Positions 1-12,000 of a stretch of 64,000 nt of DNA are shown here, one piece after another (position 1 is the stretch's first letter; the number at the start of each line of letters is the position of its first letter). The notes under the pieces are model-generated. The model was not told where the DNA came from and did not search any database. It saw nothing but the letters and a program-made list of their open reading frames with translations. Location of the stretch: contig RQSC01000015.1 of the NCBI GenBank assembly GCA_013416795.1, positions 167,696 through 231,695 on the forward strand. Direction: 5' to 3'. Position numbers and translations under genes: made by a program. Origin of the DNA: Prasinococcaceae sp. CCMP 1430. Lineage: Eukaryota; Plantae; Prasinodermophyta.

Positions 1-1
1 G

Positions 2-190
2 CTGTGCGCCTACCGCGATGAGACGGGAAGCATCGACGTGGAGGCGGCCATCGCGAAGGGGTGTGCCACGGAGCAGGAGGAGCGCCTGGCGGCGTGGGCC
101 AAGGCGCAGCGCCTGGCGCGCGCCAAGGGCATGCTGAATGACAAACGCGTGGCCTACCTGGACGGCGTTGGCTTCGATTGGAAGAGTTAA
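2..190 (+). CDS. 3' end of a helicase-associated (HA) domain protein (partial, runs off the window start)
   Basis: Frame 2 translates LCAYRDETGSIDVEAAIAKGCATEQEERLAAWAKAQRLARAKGMLNDKRVAYLDGVGFDWKS*. This matches the HA-domain pattern L..W...QR....G.L...R...L..GF.W. Not in the ORF track. Confidence 0.75.
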   Translation: MCAYRDETGSIDVEAAIAKGCATEQEERLAAWAKAQRLARAKGMLNDKRVAYLDGVGFDWKS

Positions 191-270
191 CGAGCGTGAA
201 AACTATGTACGATTCTGTGTGGCTTTGTATGGGATGGGAGTCGACGCGTGCGAGTGGTGCGTGCGTGCGT

Positions 271-343
271 GCGGTGTGCGTCTCCGGTCGCGGGCGCGCC
301 CTCTGTCTGTAGGGGCCTGCCGCTCGCGCCTTCATGTGTCCGC
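271..343 (-). promoter_or_regulatory. Candidate SECIS-like hairpin in the 3' UTR of the TGA-containing gene
   Basis: Minus strand reads gcgg-acac-ATGAa-ggcgcgagcgg-cag-gcccct-acagacag-agggc-gcgcccgcgacc-gGAg-acgcaca-ccgc. It has an AUGA/GA core, a ~10-bp helix II with one bulge and one mismatch, an apical mini-stem and a short helix I. It lacks the canonical apical AA. Confidence 0.35.
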
Positions 344-399
344 CTGCCCGCCTGCGCCTCTGCGCGAGCCCACTCCCCCGATCCCTCCGTCCGTACCCA

Positions 400-946
400 T
401 CAGGACATGGCCTGGGGCGCCGGCGCCTTCGCCAGGTCGACGGCGCGGCCCGCAGTGTGGTCGATGGCGCCCGAACACGCCGAGCGCGCCACACAGCCGG
501 GAACGCAGTAGTACATCGGCAGGCACTCACCGTCCGCCTTACTGCCGTCCACCTCAACAGTCATGGTAAATGGCACACCGACCTGCGTTCCAAGGGAGCG
601 CCAGCCGCCGACGTCAGCACACAGAGGGGGGGAGGTGGCGCCGCGAGGCACTGCGCAGTGCGGGGCGGCCAACCTTGTGCTCGATCGCCACCTCGCCGAG
701 CTTTCCGGTGACCGCATCGGCCACAGCAAAGCGGTTGCCCATGACTGCGCGGTTACGCGCACACGCGCGCAGCGCAGCACAAGAACAGACGTCGGTCAGC
801 CGTCGCACGGCGGGCGTCGCGCGCGAGGCGCACCACCGCTGCGCATGGCGGCGCGAGCGGACCCCGCGCCGGCTCGCTCGCACGCACGCACCCCATCCCG
901 CCAGAGGTCAGGAGTGAATGATGACCTTCGTTGGCTTCGTCGGCAT
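400..946 (-). CDS. Small Rdx/thioredoxin-like protein with in-frame TGA (candidate selenoprotein); exons 946-892, 744-674, 582-400
   Basis: Two canonical introns: 891-745 (GTGCGT..CTGAC..CGCAG, phase 1) and 673-583 (GTTGGC..CTGAC..CGCAG, phase 0). They join to MPTKPTKVIIHS[TGA]PLAGWVMGNRFAVADAVTGKLGEVAIEHKVGVPFTMTVEVDGSKADGECLPMYYCVPGCVARSACSGAIDHTAGRAVDLAKAPAPQAMS*. Confidence 0.65.
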
Positions 947-1946
947 TTCTTGCGCGGCGGCGACCCTGCCCATAGGGTCGAGCAAAGACTAGGTCGAGGC
1001 GAGGGGGCTGGGATGCGAGTGGTCGCTCGCTCGCGGAGCTGTGCCGCCCCCGCACCCCGCACCCCGCCCCGCCCCCGCGCGCGAGCGCCGTCCGTTCCCC
1101 TCGCGGCGCCGTCGCGTTTTTTCCCCGCAATAATGAGCGCAGCGAAATGCACGTCCGCGGTTCCGCGAGCACCCGTTTCATTGGCACGCGGCGCGGAGCG
1201 GGTGCGCCGAATTGCAATTGCACCCCCCAACCGACGCCGCGCGCGACCGCCGAAGAAAAATCTGAATCGCTCTCGCGCCGAACTCAAACTGGCCGGGGGG
1301 AACGAACGGTACGCGACCGCAGCCATGATGATCGAAATGCATTCACTCGGCATTGCCATCAAACTCAATGCGTGTTTTGTGGCCTTTTTTGGCTGGCAAT
1401 GTCATGCACGGCGTGCGCCGCGACGCCACACCGTGCGCCGGCGGCGCCTGCGGGCAGCGCGGGGAGGGGAGCGCCGGGGGCGCGCGCGGGGGGATTTGGG
1501 GGGAAGGCAAGGCGAGCTCGCGTAGGCCTGCTGGTCTGGGACCGCCCCATCGGACGGCGCCGCGCCCAGCGCGCCCCGTCCACCCGTGAGCGTTGAAGCG
1601 CGTCTTTTCGCGGGTGTGCGGGAGGCCTTTTCTCTGCGCACGCAGACATCCCGCTCGCCGCGGCGATGTGGCCTGGTGCGGGGGGAGGGCGCGGCGGGGG
1701 GCCATGGCAATCTCCCCAGGATAGTAGGGACGGGGCACTTCCCTCGTCACTGACGCCCGCGGCGAGGCGCGACGGCGACGCGCTGTGGTCCCAGCACGGA
1801 GGTGGGCCAGCGTCGGCAGGTGCGCAGTTGGCGCTGGGCTGGGCAGCGGCTGGGGAGCCTGGGGGGAGCCACAAACGCCGTCCCTGCCTGTGCTCGGCGT
1901 CGCTACGGGAGTCGGCTCCTCGACGACAGCAGATTCGGCACCTACC

Positions 1947-4900
1947 ATGCGCTTGTTGCCGGTGCCCTGCAACCAGCCGTTGCCGGCGCGTGCGCCGGCA
2001 CTGCCTACGGCGGCCCCTCCGCAATGGTCCCGCTTCGCAAACGCGTTTCCTCCCAGCCCCAGAGGAGAGGGCGCCGGCATTCGTGACATGTATCGCAAGG
2101 ACCCGGGTGAGACGCGGCGACAGCTCGCCTTGGACCTGCTAGGAAGCCAGGAAGATGAGGAGAATTGGGCAAGCCCTTCGCTGCTCCCTGACGCGGCTGG
2201 GGCAAGCTCTGAGAACCCGGGCGGCAGGGTCGCCGCCACACCGGCTCTTCCGCCATCAGAGGAGCGTGTCGACCCCGAGGCCGCATGCCTGCATGCCTCG
2301 AAGACAGCGCACCTTGTTGATGCCCCGGCCTGTGACGGAGAAGAGGCGAATCGTGCGAGGAAGAGGCAGAGACTAAGCGAGATACTGCTCGGAACGACTG
2401 ATGGCGCGCGCGCGGGCGGCTGCACGCGCGAGCCACTCGGGCAGCTGCGCGAGAGGAAGTGCAAAGGAAGGGAGTTCCTCACCACTGACCGGCGCGATGC
2501 GCAGGCTCGCCCGCGGGGCACACCAGGCTACGATGGGCGCACTCTCCTCGTTCCGCAGCAGTACATGAGCGAGCTCACCCCAACCATGCAGCAATTTTGG
2601 CGTGTGAAGAGCTCGCACGCCGACTGCGTCGTGTTTTTCAAGCTCGGCAAATTCTACGAACTCTTCGACGAGGATTCGGACGTCGGTGCGCGCGTCTGCG
2701 GGCTCAAGCAACGCGAGGGGAAAAAATCTGGCTTCCCCGAGCGCTCCTTCGCTCAGTACGGCGTGCGCTTGGTTGCCGAGGGCTATCGTGTGGCGGTCGT
2801 CGAGCAGGTGCGGACGGCGAATGCCTCAGCCAAGGCCGCCATGGAGCGCAGGGTCGTGGCCATTTTGAGTCCGGGGACTCTGCTAGAGCCCGAGCTGCAA
2901 CAGCTCGCCGAGCCGGGCGCGCCATCGACCATTCTGGCAGTTGGCACGAGCGGTGATCACGACGCCTTCGTCGTGGCCGACTGCTATTCAGGGACACTAC
3001 AGGTGCATGTCACTGCTGCGGCAGGAAGCTTCCAAGAGTGGCGCCACGCGCTGGAATCGATCGTGTCACTCGCGGCTCCTGCTGAGGTCCTGCTCCCGGC
3101 AGGCCTGAGCCCACTGCACCGCCGCGCGGTCGAGGCCGCCTGCCGCAGGTCCGCACCCTCCCGGACTGGCACTCTGCTTGTCACCGAGATTGCTGAAGAG
3201 GGCTGGGATGATGCAGGAGGCGCAGCTGCTGTGGCGATCCACGCAGGGCGCTGCTACTGGGAGCAGACTAGCCCGTCAACCGTACAGCAGCTCACTGACC
3301 TTTGCTCAACTGGCAAGCCGAATGAGCCCGTCGCCACTGCGACAGCATTCGCGCTTCTCGTCACTTACCTGCGCGAGGCAAAACTGGACGAGTTGGTGCT
3401 ACCCCGCACGAGAGTCCTCTTCACCCACGCATCGACTGCAGCGACGTTGCGCGAGGGCCTACGCGGCGCGCGCACGGCGATGGGCCAAGATAGTGCAGGA
3501 CTGGATTTCGAGCAGCGCGCGGCCCTCCGGGTGCCGCACCACCTGGCAATCGACCCGGCAGCTGTTGCCAACCTGGAACTTGTCACGAACGTTGACGGTG
3601 GGCATGCTGGCACCCTCCTGGCGGTGCTGTGCAAGTGCAGGTCGCCGGCAGGGAGGCGAATGCTGCGCTCGTGGATGCTGCGACCACTTGCATTTGTCGC
3701 TGTCATCAACAGCCGACAGCAGGCCACTCGACTTCTCCTCGAAGACGATGCCATCTTCGACGCGTGTACGGCTGCGCAGCAAGCACTTGGCAAGATTCCT
3801 GACCTCGCCAGGGCCACCGCAGCTGTCCAGAGGCACGCGCCCGTAACCACGGACGGGGGAGCGGCCTCAGGCAACCGCAGGCACGCAGCAGGGGTTGTGT
3901 TGTACGACTCACTAGATGCGGCATCACAGAGCACACGGGCGCTCGCAGATGCAATGGCTGCCGTTCGTGGAATCCTCGATGCATGCGCTTCCCTGGACCA
4001 CGTGAGGCCCCTTCTCGCCTCCTCTGCGCCGCTGCTGGACCTGCTCAGCCGTCAAGGCTCGCCGCTTTTCCCATCCATCGAGCAGGCGCTCACGGAACTC
4101 GAGGACTTTTTGGGAACTGACGACAGCGGACAGCCATGCGTGCGAGAAGGAGCGGACGCCGCGCTGGAGACTGCGCTCGCCGCGACTGATGCAGCAGAGA
4201 ACGCGCTCGCACAGTTCCTGGAGGTTGCGAAAGGCGACGTCGCTGCTCTCAATGTGACGTCTCCGTCCAAGAACAAGCCGGTCACCTACTCGGGCTCGTA
4301 TGCCCTTGTCGTGTCTAAAAGCGCCGTCGTACCCTCCTGGTGGCAGCCAGCGTCAGAATACGTCGTCTCGAGCAAGAGCAAGACGCGCAACTACACGTGC
4401 GTAGATCTACAGATGCTGCTCAAGCGCGCAGCCGACGCCGAAGAAAAGCGTCGTGTTGCGCTCGAACAGGCCCTTGGCTCGGCGGTGCTCTCGTTTTGCG
4501 CCTCGGCGGACGCGTGGGCTGCCGTCGCACAAGCAGCAGCCGAGCTGGACGCGCTCGTAGCCCTTGGCTGCTCTGCCAGGGCGATGGAGAGCGATGGTCC
4601 TGTCTGCTTTCCGACGGTGTCGCAGCCAAATGGAGCCGGTCCACCCACCTTTGAGGCAAGGGATCTCAGGCATCCAACGCTGCAGCGCTGCGCGTCCGCC
4701 TTGGCAGGCGGTGGTGCAGAGCGTGCGGTGGTTCCAAGTGACATCCACCTTGGAAGCGCGGGCAGCAAGCGCCTCCTGATTTTGTCAGGACCGAACATGG
4801 GAGGAAAGTCCACTCTGATGCGCGCCGTCGCACTGGTGTACGTGCTTGCGCAGATGGGGGCAGCCGTGCCAGCAACATCATGCAGACTGCGGGCCGCGAC

Positions 4901-5798
4901 TCGCCTTTTCGTGCGTATGGGCGCCCAGGATTCAATCACAGAGGGCGAGGTGAGCCGTGAGTGTCTGCCCCCCCCCCACCACACCACACCACACACACGA
5001 CACGCACACACCGCACTCCGCTTCACGATAGCAAACAGCGCTGGCGGATGCGCACTGAAACGTCTAGGTGTGCCCCAGCGTCTGGCTATTGCGCGTGGCG
5101 CAATGTAGCTGATTGTCGCACGCTCCCAACGTCTGCCGCGCCCTTGCTCTGGCGCCGGCCATGCGCGCCTTCGCCGTGCGGCGGCACTAAAGTCGACATT
5201 CATGACTGAGGCGCTCGAAGTTGCAGCTTCAATATCGACCGCCAACGCGTCGGACGTGATAATTCTGGACGAAGTCGGCCGCGGCACATCCACTCGTGAT
5301 GGCGCGGCACTGGCTGCGGCCGTTGCGTGCAAGCTTGGGAAAGCGGGCTGCATCGCAATCCTCAGCACGCACTACACCGAGGTTGCATCACCTGACGGAC
5401 TTCTTGCCGCCGGCATCTCCGAGCACGCTCAGTACGGCTGCATGGGGTACCGCTCTATCGCAGGCGATGATGAAGCACCCGAAAGCATCGAATTTACGTA
5501 TCGCCTGACCCCCGGACCGGCCTCGAAAAGCATGGGCATCGCCGTGGCGGGGTTGGCTGGTGTGCCACCCCCTGTCTTGAGCCTCGCTACAAAGATCGCG
5601 CAGGAAAAATCTTCGAATTTCGCCGCCTCAAGGGCAACACAGTCTAGCAGCGGCCTCATCAAGATTGTCCAACGCGTGCTGCGCGCTGCAGCGGCCGGGG
5701 ACGGCTGCGTCCTGCGGGCCCTTTGGCATACGGCGCATGAGCAGCCTCGCGTCGCGTACCAGGAAAGGCCCCAGCGAGCCGCCAACTGCCACGCTTGA
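1947..5798 (+). CDS. MSH6: MutS homolog, MSH6/MSH7 subfamily; intron 4950-5192; true start may lie upstream (~1666)
   Basis: FFKLGKFYELF mismatch-binding motif, GPNMGGKSTLMR Walker A, RMGAQDSITEGE|STFMTE joined across a GTGAGC..AAAG intron, DEVGRGTST and STHY motifs. Confidence 0.9.
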
Positions 5799-6070
5799 AC
5801 GTGCGACGCGAAGCACAAACATGCACACTGAGAGAGAGAATGTGTGTGACAGACAGGACGCACGCAGCTTTGCACGCACTCTCTTACACTTGACGCGCAA
5901 GCCCTGCGCTTCACATGGACCCCGACCAAACACAATTCCACATTCTTCTGTGCCTCGGTACCAGGTACCTGGTACTACAACTCACACGTAAATTTACTGG
6001 GGATGTGTGCGACTCCTGCATGCGATTGCTGTTAGAGGCTACACGGAGAGCCACGAAATGCGGCATGCAC

Positions 6071-9000
6071 CTACTTGCGCACAAGTAGAGCGACATAGAT
6101 CCACGCAGCGGCCACGGCGCCAGCTCCCGCGGGTGCCACCAGCGTGGCCACGGCGAACTCGTTGCCCTGCGAGGTATCGAGATGGATCCCGGTGGCCAAG
6201 ACGCGCTGGCAGGCCTCTTCCACACTTGAGAGTGGCACCAGCAGTGGGTAACCTGTGAAGCGGTAGGTACGTGTGAAGCTCTCGAGCGCTTTCTCGTGGG
6301 CCAACTCCGCCCCAAGCGAATCGCCGCCCATTGCCGCGCCACCACTGGCGAAACTCTCGCCGGAAGCCCGCAACTGCTCGAGTTCCTGCAGCAGAGGCTT
6401 GAGCTCCTTAGAGAGCCGTCGGTTGAAGTGCGTGTACGTAAGCGTGCGCGCGCTCGACAGCGAATCCATCACACGGCGCTCCAGCGCCTCCTCAATCGCG
6501 CGCATGGACAGCATGCCCACAGGCGCGAAGGTAGGCTGCGCCTGCACTGTCGCCAGCGCAGCCTCGCGAGAGGTAGCGGCTGGCGTAGACGCAACGCCCC
6601 TCGACACCCTGGGCAGCATGGCGTGCCAAAGGCGCGCGTCCCACAAGTCCCATGTGACCTCCCATGGCGCCTTAACCGCCTGAACGTTCGCGTAGGCGTT
6701 GGCGGGTCCCAGAAGCGTGCCGACAGAGCGCACCTCGCACGAGACATCGCTGACGTCGTACGCGGTGCCATCACCATCGCAGTGCACGCTCCCCGGGCAC
6801 CAGATGCGCCGCGGCGCGTCCGCACCGGCCACACCGCTCATCGTAATCACATGCGAAGGCTCGACGCCGACGGCATCGCTCAGCACGTACGCCTCAACGC
6901 CTGCCCAGCGGAAAAGCGAGCAGAGCATGAGCGCACGCTCCACCCCGCCCGCCATGGAACACTCAGCAACCTCGGCGTGGCGCATCCACATGCGGTCAGC
7001 GCGGAAAGTGTAGAGCCACTCGGGCGGGTCGGGATACAGACTCACAAAGCGTAGCATCATCTGCATGCCCTGTTCACCCACAGCGCCGTCATCGGGAAGG
7101 CCCAGTGACGGCGGGGGACGCAACGAGGAAATGTACCTGCACGCCACAACTGCCGCACCCTCGGCGTCGCGCACGATGGCACGCGCGGGCACCGACAGGC
7201 GCTTGCAGTCGGCTTCCCATGCGCGCGCCTGCTGCAAGAGCAGCGCATCTTCGACTGTTGGCGCGGCGGATATCCCCACATCGCCAGTGACACCCTGACC
7301 GAGTGTAAATTCCGACATCGAGGTGGTTTCGTCCGCGACCTCGAATATCTCCGGGGTGAGCTGAGGCTGCAACGCCAGCGACACGTACAGCAGTGGCATG
7401 TCGCCCGCTGCACCGCCGCCGCGCTGCCGCCGATAACCAAGCAGCGCACTCGGTGCGGCCAATCGAATCGGGCCTCGCAGTTGACCTGCTCGGCACACCT
7501 CGCCGATTGGGGTCACCTGGCGGCCCAGGTAGCGGCGCATGGTGCGGAAGCAGCCCGCCGCGTCCACGGCACCGCTCGCGTCGGGCACCTCGTCATACAG
7601 CGAGATGATCAGAGGCTCTTTCATGGCATGGAGCACACTGGGTGCGCTGCCCCCCTGTGGCGGAGAGAAGGGCAGCACCAGTTGCTCGCTCCAAACTGGT
7701 GCTCCACAATCCACGCTGCGGGTGCGCACCGTGCGGCCCTGGAAGGTCACCTCAACAAAGGTCGAGGCGCGCGTTGCCCCGCCGCCATTGGCGCCGTCAA
7801 GTACAGGGTCACCCAGCAGCGCGTCATCGAGACCACTGCTTGTGCGCATTGTCGCGCTCGGGCTGAAGGCACCGGCTGCGGCTGCGCCCACACCGCCTGC
7901 GCCGGTCTGGTTGAAGCGACCAAATACTGACTGCGCGTCTCCAACTCGCAGCGGGATGTTGTACGCTTTGGAGACATAAATGGAGATCTGGCACACGTCG
8001 GGGTGCGTTGTGCGCACGACCTCAGTGGTGACAGTTGGCTTGAGCTTGCGACGCGGGCGAAATATCTCAGAGAGCCATTGCAGATTCAGACCGAACTCCG
8101 GCAGCGGCGTGTCTTTCACCACGTCCTCCACGCGCGCTGCGGGACGCAGGCGCGCGCGCAGCGCGGCAGAGGCGGGGCCGCTGCCGATGCCGCCGGCCAG
8201 TGGCACGCCACCGCGGACAGCAGCCGCGGGCAGGGCAGCAGCGAGGCGGTCGCGCAGAGCCAGCCGCGCGCTCTCACGCAGCTTCATTGCGGCGTCTGAA
8301 GCAGCGTCTGACAGAGCGGACTTGTCAGGCTGGTGACGCATTCTTTGGGCGTCGCCACCGCCGCGTCCCTCCGCCTGCTCAAGCACCTCCAATTGCTGCG
8401 GGTGAAGGTCGTTGTCCCGCAGGGGCACCTCGAGGTCGAGGCGCACAGCGCGATCCCACCGCACGCGAAGCAGGCGCGCGCGGGGCCCCAGCACTCCTGC
8501 CTCGAGCGCAGCGGCATCGTCGGCGCCCAAACGGTACCCCGGCGGGCGCACGCCTGCGGCGGCTGCAGCCTCACGAGCGGTGACCGTGTTGCCCATCTTG
8601 CCGTGGAGTAGCTCGACGATGTGCGAGTTGCGCGGATCATTGGGGTCAAGCGCGCGCTTTGACCCCTCGATCCATTCCACGAGCCGCGGTTCGCTGAGTG
8701 CACCAACAGAGGCGAAGGGTGCGTGGCGCCGCGTGTGGCCCTGGGAATGGCTCGCGCGCGCCGCAGTCGAGCGCCCGTGAACGATCACGTGCGCGTCGAC
8801 CTCCACGGCGGCGACGGGGGGCGGGGCGCGGTCGCCCACGTCCCCGCGCGCACCAGCGGCCTCCACATCAAAGCTGCCGCTGGCGCCTCCGTCTGCAGCG
8901 GTGCTGCTGCTTTCTCCCGGTTTGGCCGTGCCTTCCACTGCCAAGACGCCACTGGTGGCAGCCCCGGTGCCAACGTCGACCTCGCCAGTCCACGCCATTC

Positions 9001-12000
9001 GCGCCTGGAGACTGCCGTGAGGGTAGCGCATGGTAGCACCCTCTCGGAGCCCACCGCCCTGCGCGATGTCCCAAGGACTGGAGAAGGCCTCGTCGCCAGT
9101 AAACTCGAAGGTGCCAGGGCGTTCGTATACCAACGGGGCGCCATTCGTCCCAGGAACGGCGAGGTACAGCGATGCGAGCACCTTGTCGCTTGGAAAGGCC
9201 TTCTCGTAGATGTCCACGCGCAGCTCGTGCGGGCAAGCGCGCACCTGAAGCGACAGCAACGTGCCGAGCTCGAAGGACATCGCGGTGATGCCCGCGGGGG
9301 CCGCGGGTGGTGTGATGCCCGCCTCGCGCCCATCAATGAACACCTTCGCGTACACGCGCATGGCCGCCAGCCGACGCCTGCGCTGCGTCTCCTGCGGCGG
9401 GATGACAGGTTCGTGGCGCGGGGTGGTCGCGCGCATAGGTACCACGCGCGGAGCGCCCACTTTCGTCTCGGTGCCTGCCGCGCGCCGCGCCGCGACCACC
9501 GCCTCAGCAGCCGCGTCCGTGTCGAACGCCACTTCTTTGGGCGCCATCGCCCCGACCTTCTCAAGCTGGGCCTCGGCGGCAGCGACGGCAGCCAAGTCGG
9601 CCTCGGCCTGGTCACGCTCCGTTTCGGTGGCCTCTGCAGGCGCGCCGGGTTTGGCTGCAGCCTCGCGACGCATGCGGGCCCCCTCCTCGGCCTTCGCACG
9701 CGCCAACCTGAGGTGCTCATTTGCGGCTGACATCGCGAGGGCGTGCTCCTTGCGCGCGTCGGCCTGCACTTTCGTGTGTCGCGCTGCCATCTGTCGCACC
9801 TGACCAGCCACCGCCAATCTCTCGCGCTCAGCGTCGCGCTTCGGATCGCCCGGCCTGTGCGTGAAGCGCACACTGGCGGTTGTTGCCGCGAATCCCTGGA
9901 CACGGCGCACCTCCTGCAACTCAGCGAAAAGCGACTGGATATGTCGCACGTGCTGCAGATCCTCGGCTTCCTCAGCATCGCGCATCTCGGCGGCGTCCGC
10001 TACTTCCACGTCGAGTCTCTCCTTGCGCTCGAGCAGCGCGGCGCACCGCAGGCCCTCACCCGCGGTCCCACCCGCGTTCGCAGCAGGCGCGGGTGCATCA
10101 GCACCCTGAGCGGCAGCCGCAGCGGCCCTGACGGCGTCGAAGCCGCCCAGGCGCTCGATCTCGGCGTTGGCCTTGTCCAACGCTGCCGAGAGCGCATCCG
10201 CTTGCTGCGAGCGAAACTCAGCCATGCCAGCACCCGCACGGCGCTCGTACACGCCCACGCTCGTGTCTAGCGCTGCCGCCAGCACCTCCTCACGAGCCAT
10301 AAGAGAGTGGTCGTGCAAGTCCACGCGCCCAAGCTCAACGTCAAGCTGGTACGCGCGCGCGGAGACATCTGCACCCGTGTCGAAGAGCACGCGCGTGGGC
10401 TCACAGGCAAGATACGGCGCCTCAGGATCGTAGATGAAGGGAGAGCGGCCGCGGCTACGGTCGGATGGGTCGGCCATGTGCGACGGCTGTCCTGACTCGT
10501 CTGTCCACCGCCGGCGAAGTTTCTCGCGTTGCAGCGTCTCGCGGCGGTTACTGCCGTCACCGACAGCCACGCGCGCGCGTGCCTGCTCCGCCCACGTGCG
10601 CGCCTGCACGGCAGCGCTGCGCGCGTGCTTGGCGCGCTGCTCAGCCGCTGCGGCGGCTGCCTCAGCGTCGGAGACGAGCGCAGCGTGCGCGGCAGCATCG
10701 GCACCAGCGTCCGATGCATGCTTCGCGCGCCGCACGGCCACTTCAGCGCGCGCCGCCGCAACTTCGCTTTCCTGCTCTGCGCCCTTGGTAGTCACGCGCT
10801 TTTCGTGCTCACTCTTGGCAGCCTCGTAGACCGCCATCATCTCGGCGTGCCGCGCGGCGGCAGCGTCACGCGCGGCGGCCACACGCTCCTCAATGAACGC
10901 CGTATCTGCATCGTTGTCTGGCGTTTTTGCCCTCTCATAAGCAACCAGCTCGGCCGCGTACGCCTCCTGTGCGGCTGCGTATGCGGCTTTGCGCCGTTCG
11001 GCCTCATCGCCTGCGGCTTCGCGCGCATTCTCGACGGCAGCGCGCGCGGCGGCCACGCGGGCGTCCACCGCAGCGGACCGCTCGGCAGCGGCCGTGGCAG
11101 CTGCGGCGGCTGCGAGGTCATCTTCAGCCTCGAAAGAAGCACGCGCGATCCCCTGCGCTGCTTCATGCTCCGAGCGCGCAGCGGCCATCGCTGCCTCAAT
11201 CGCAGCCTCCCGAGCAGCCTTCGTTGCACCTTCGTGCTCCGCCTTGCGCTCATCCTGCGCGCGCTCGTGCTCCGCCTTGCGCTCGCCCTGCGCGCGCTCG
11301 TGCTCCGCCTTGCGTTCGCCCTGCGCGCGCTCGTGCTCCGCCTTGCGTTCGCCCTGCGCGCGCTCGTGCTCCGCGCGGATCTCCTCGATGGCTTTGCCGA
11401 TGGCCGCAGCGTGAGCATCTGCCGCTGCCTTCTCTGCCTCGGCGTGCGCCGCGAGCGCAGCGGCGTGCTCCTCAGAGGCCTTTGCCTGCTGGACATTGTG
11501 AGCCTCCTCGCGGCGCTTGAGCTCCTCGGCGACAGCCTTGAGTTCCGCCTGCTCATCGGCGATGTCGGCACCGCCGCGCGCTTCTTTGCGTTCGTCCTTG
11601 ATGTCCTCGACAACGACCTCTTCATCGAACTCCTCCTCGACGGGTGCTACCGGTGGCTGCTGCGACTGCGGGGCCGGATTCTCGGCGGCGGCGCGCTCAG
11701 CGGCTGCGGCCTCATCGAATGGCGAGGCGTCGAACGGCGCATCTTCGAACGGCGCAGCCTCGAACGGCTCAGCCTCGAACGGTGCAGCTTCGAAAGGCAC
11801 AGAACCTGCGGGTGCACCGGCCTCGGCCTGAGCACGCGCGGCGGCCTCGTCGAAGGGCGCGGGCGTGAACTCAGCCTTGGCACCAGCAGCAACTTGGGGC
11901 ACGACCGCCTCAGCCTCGGCGCGCGCGGCGGCCTCGTCAAACTCCGGTGGCATCTCGACGGCCTCCGGGTCGTTCGGCGGCTCCGGTGGGGGTGCCTGCC

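Noticed and set aside
1325-1392. ATGATGA (box C-like) followed by a T-run: possible C/D snoRNA
   Set aside because: No CTGA box D or terminal stem at a suitable distance.
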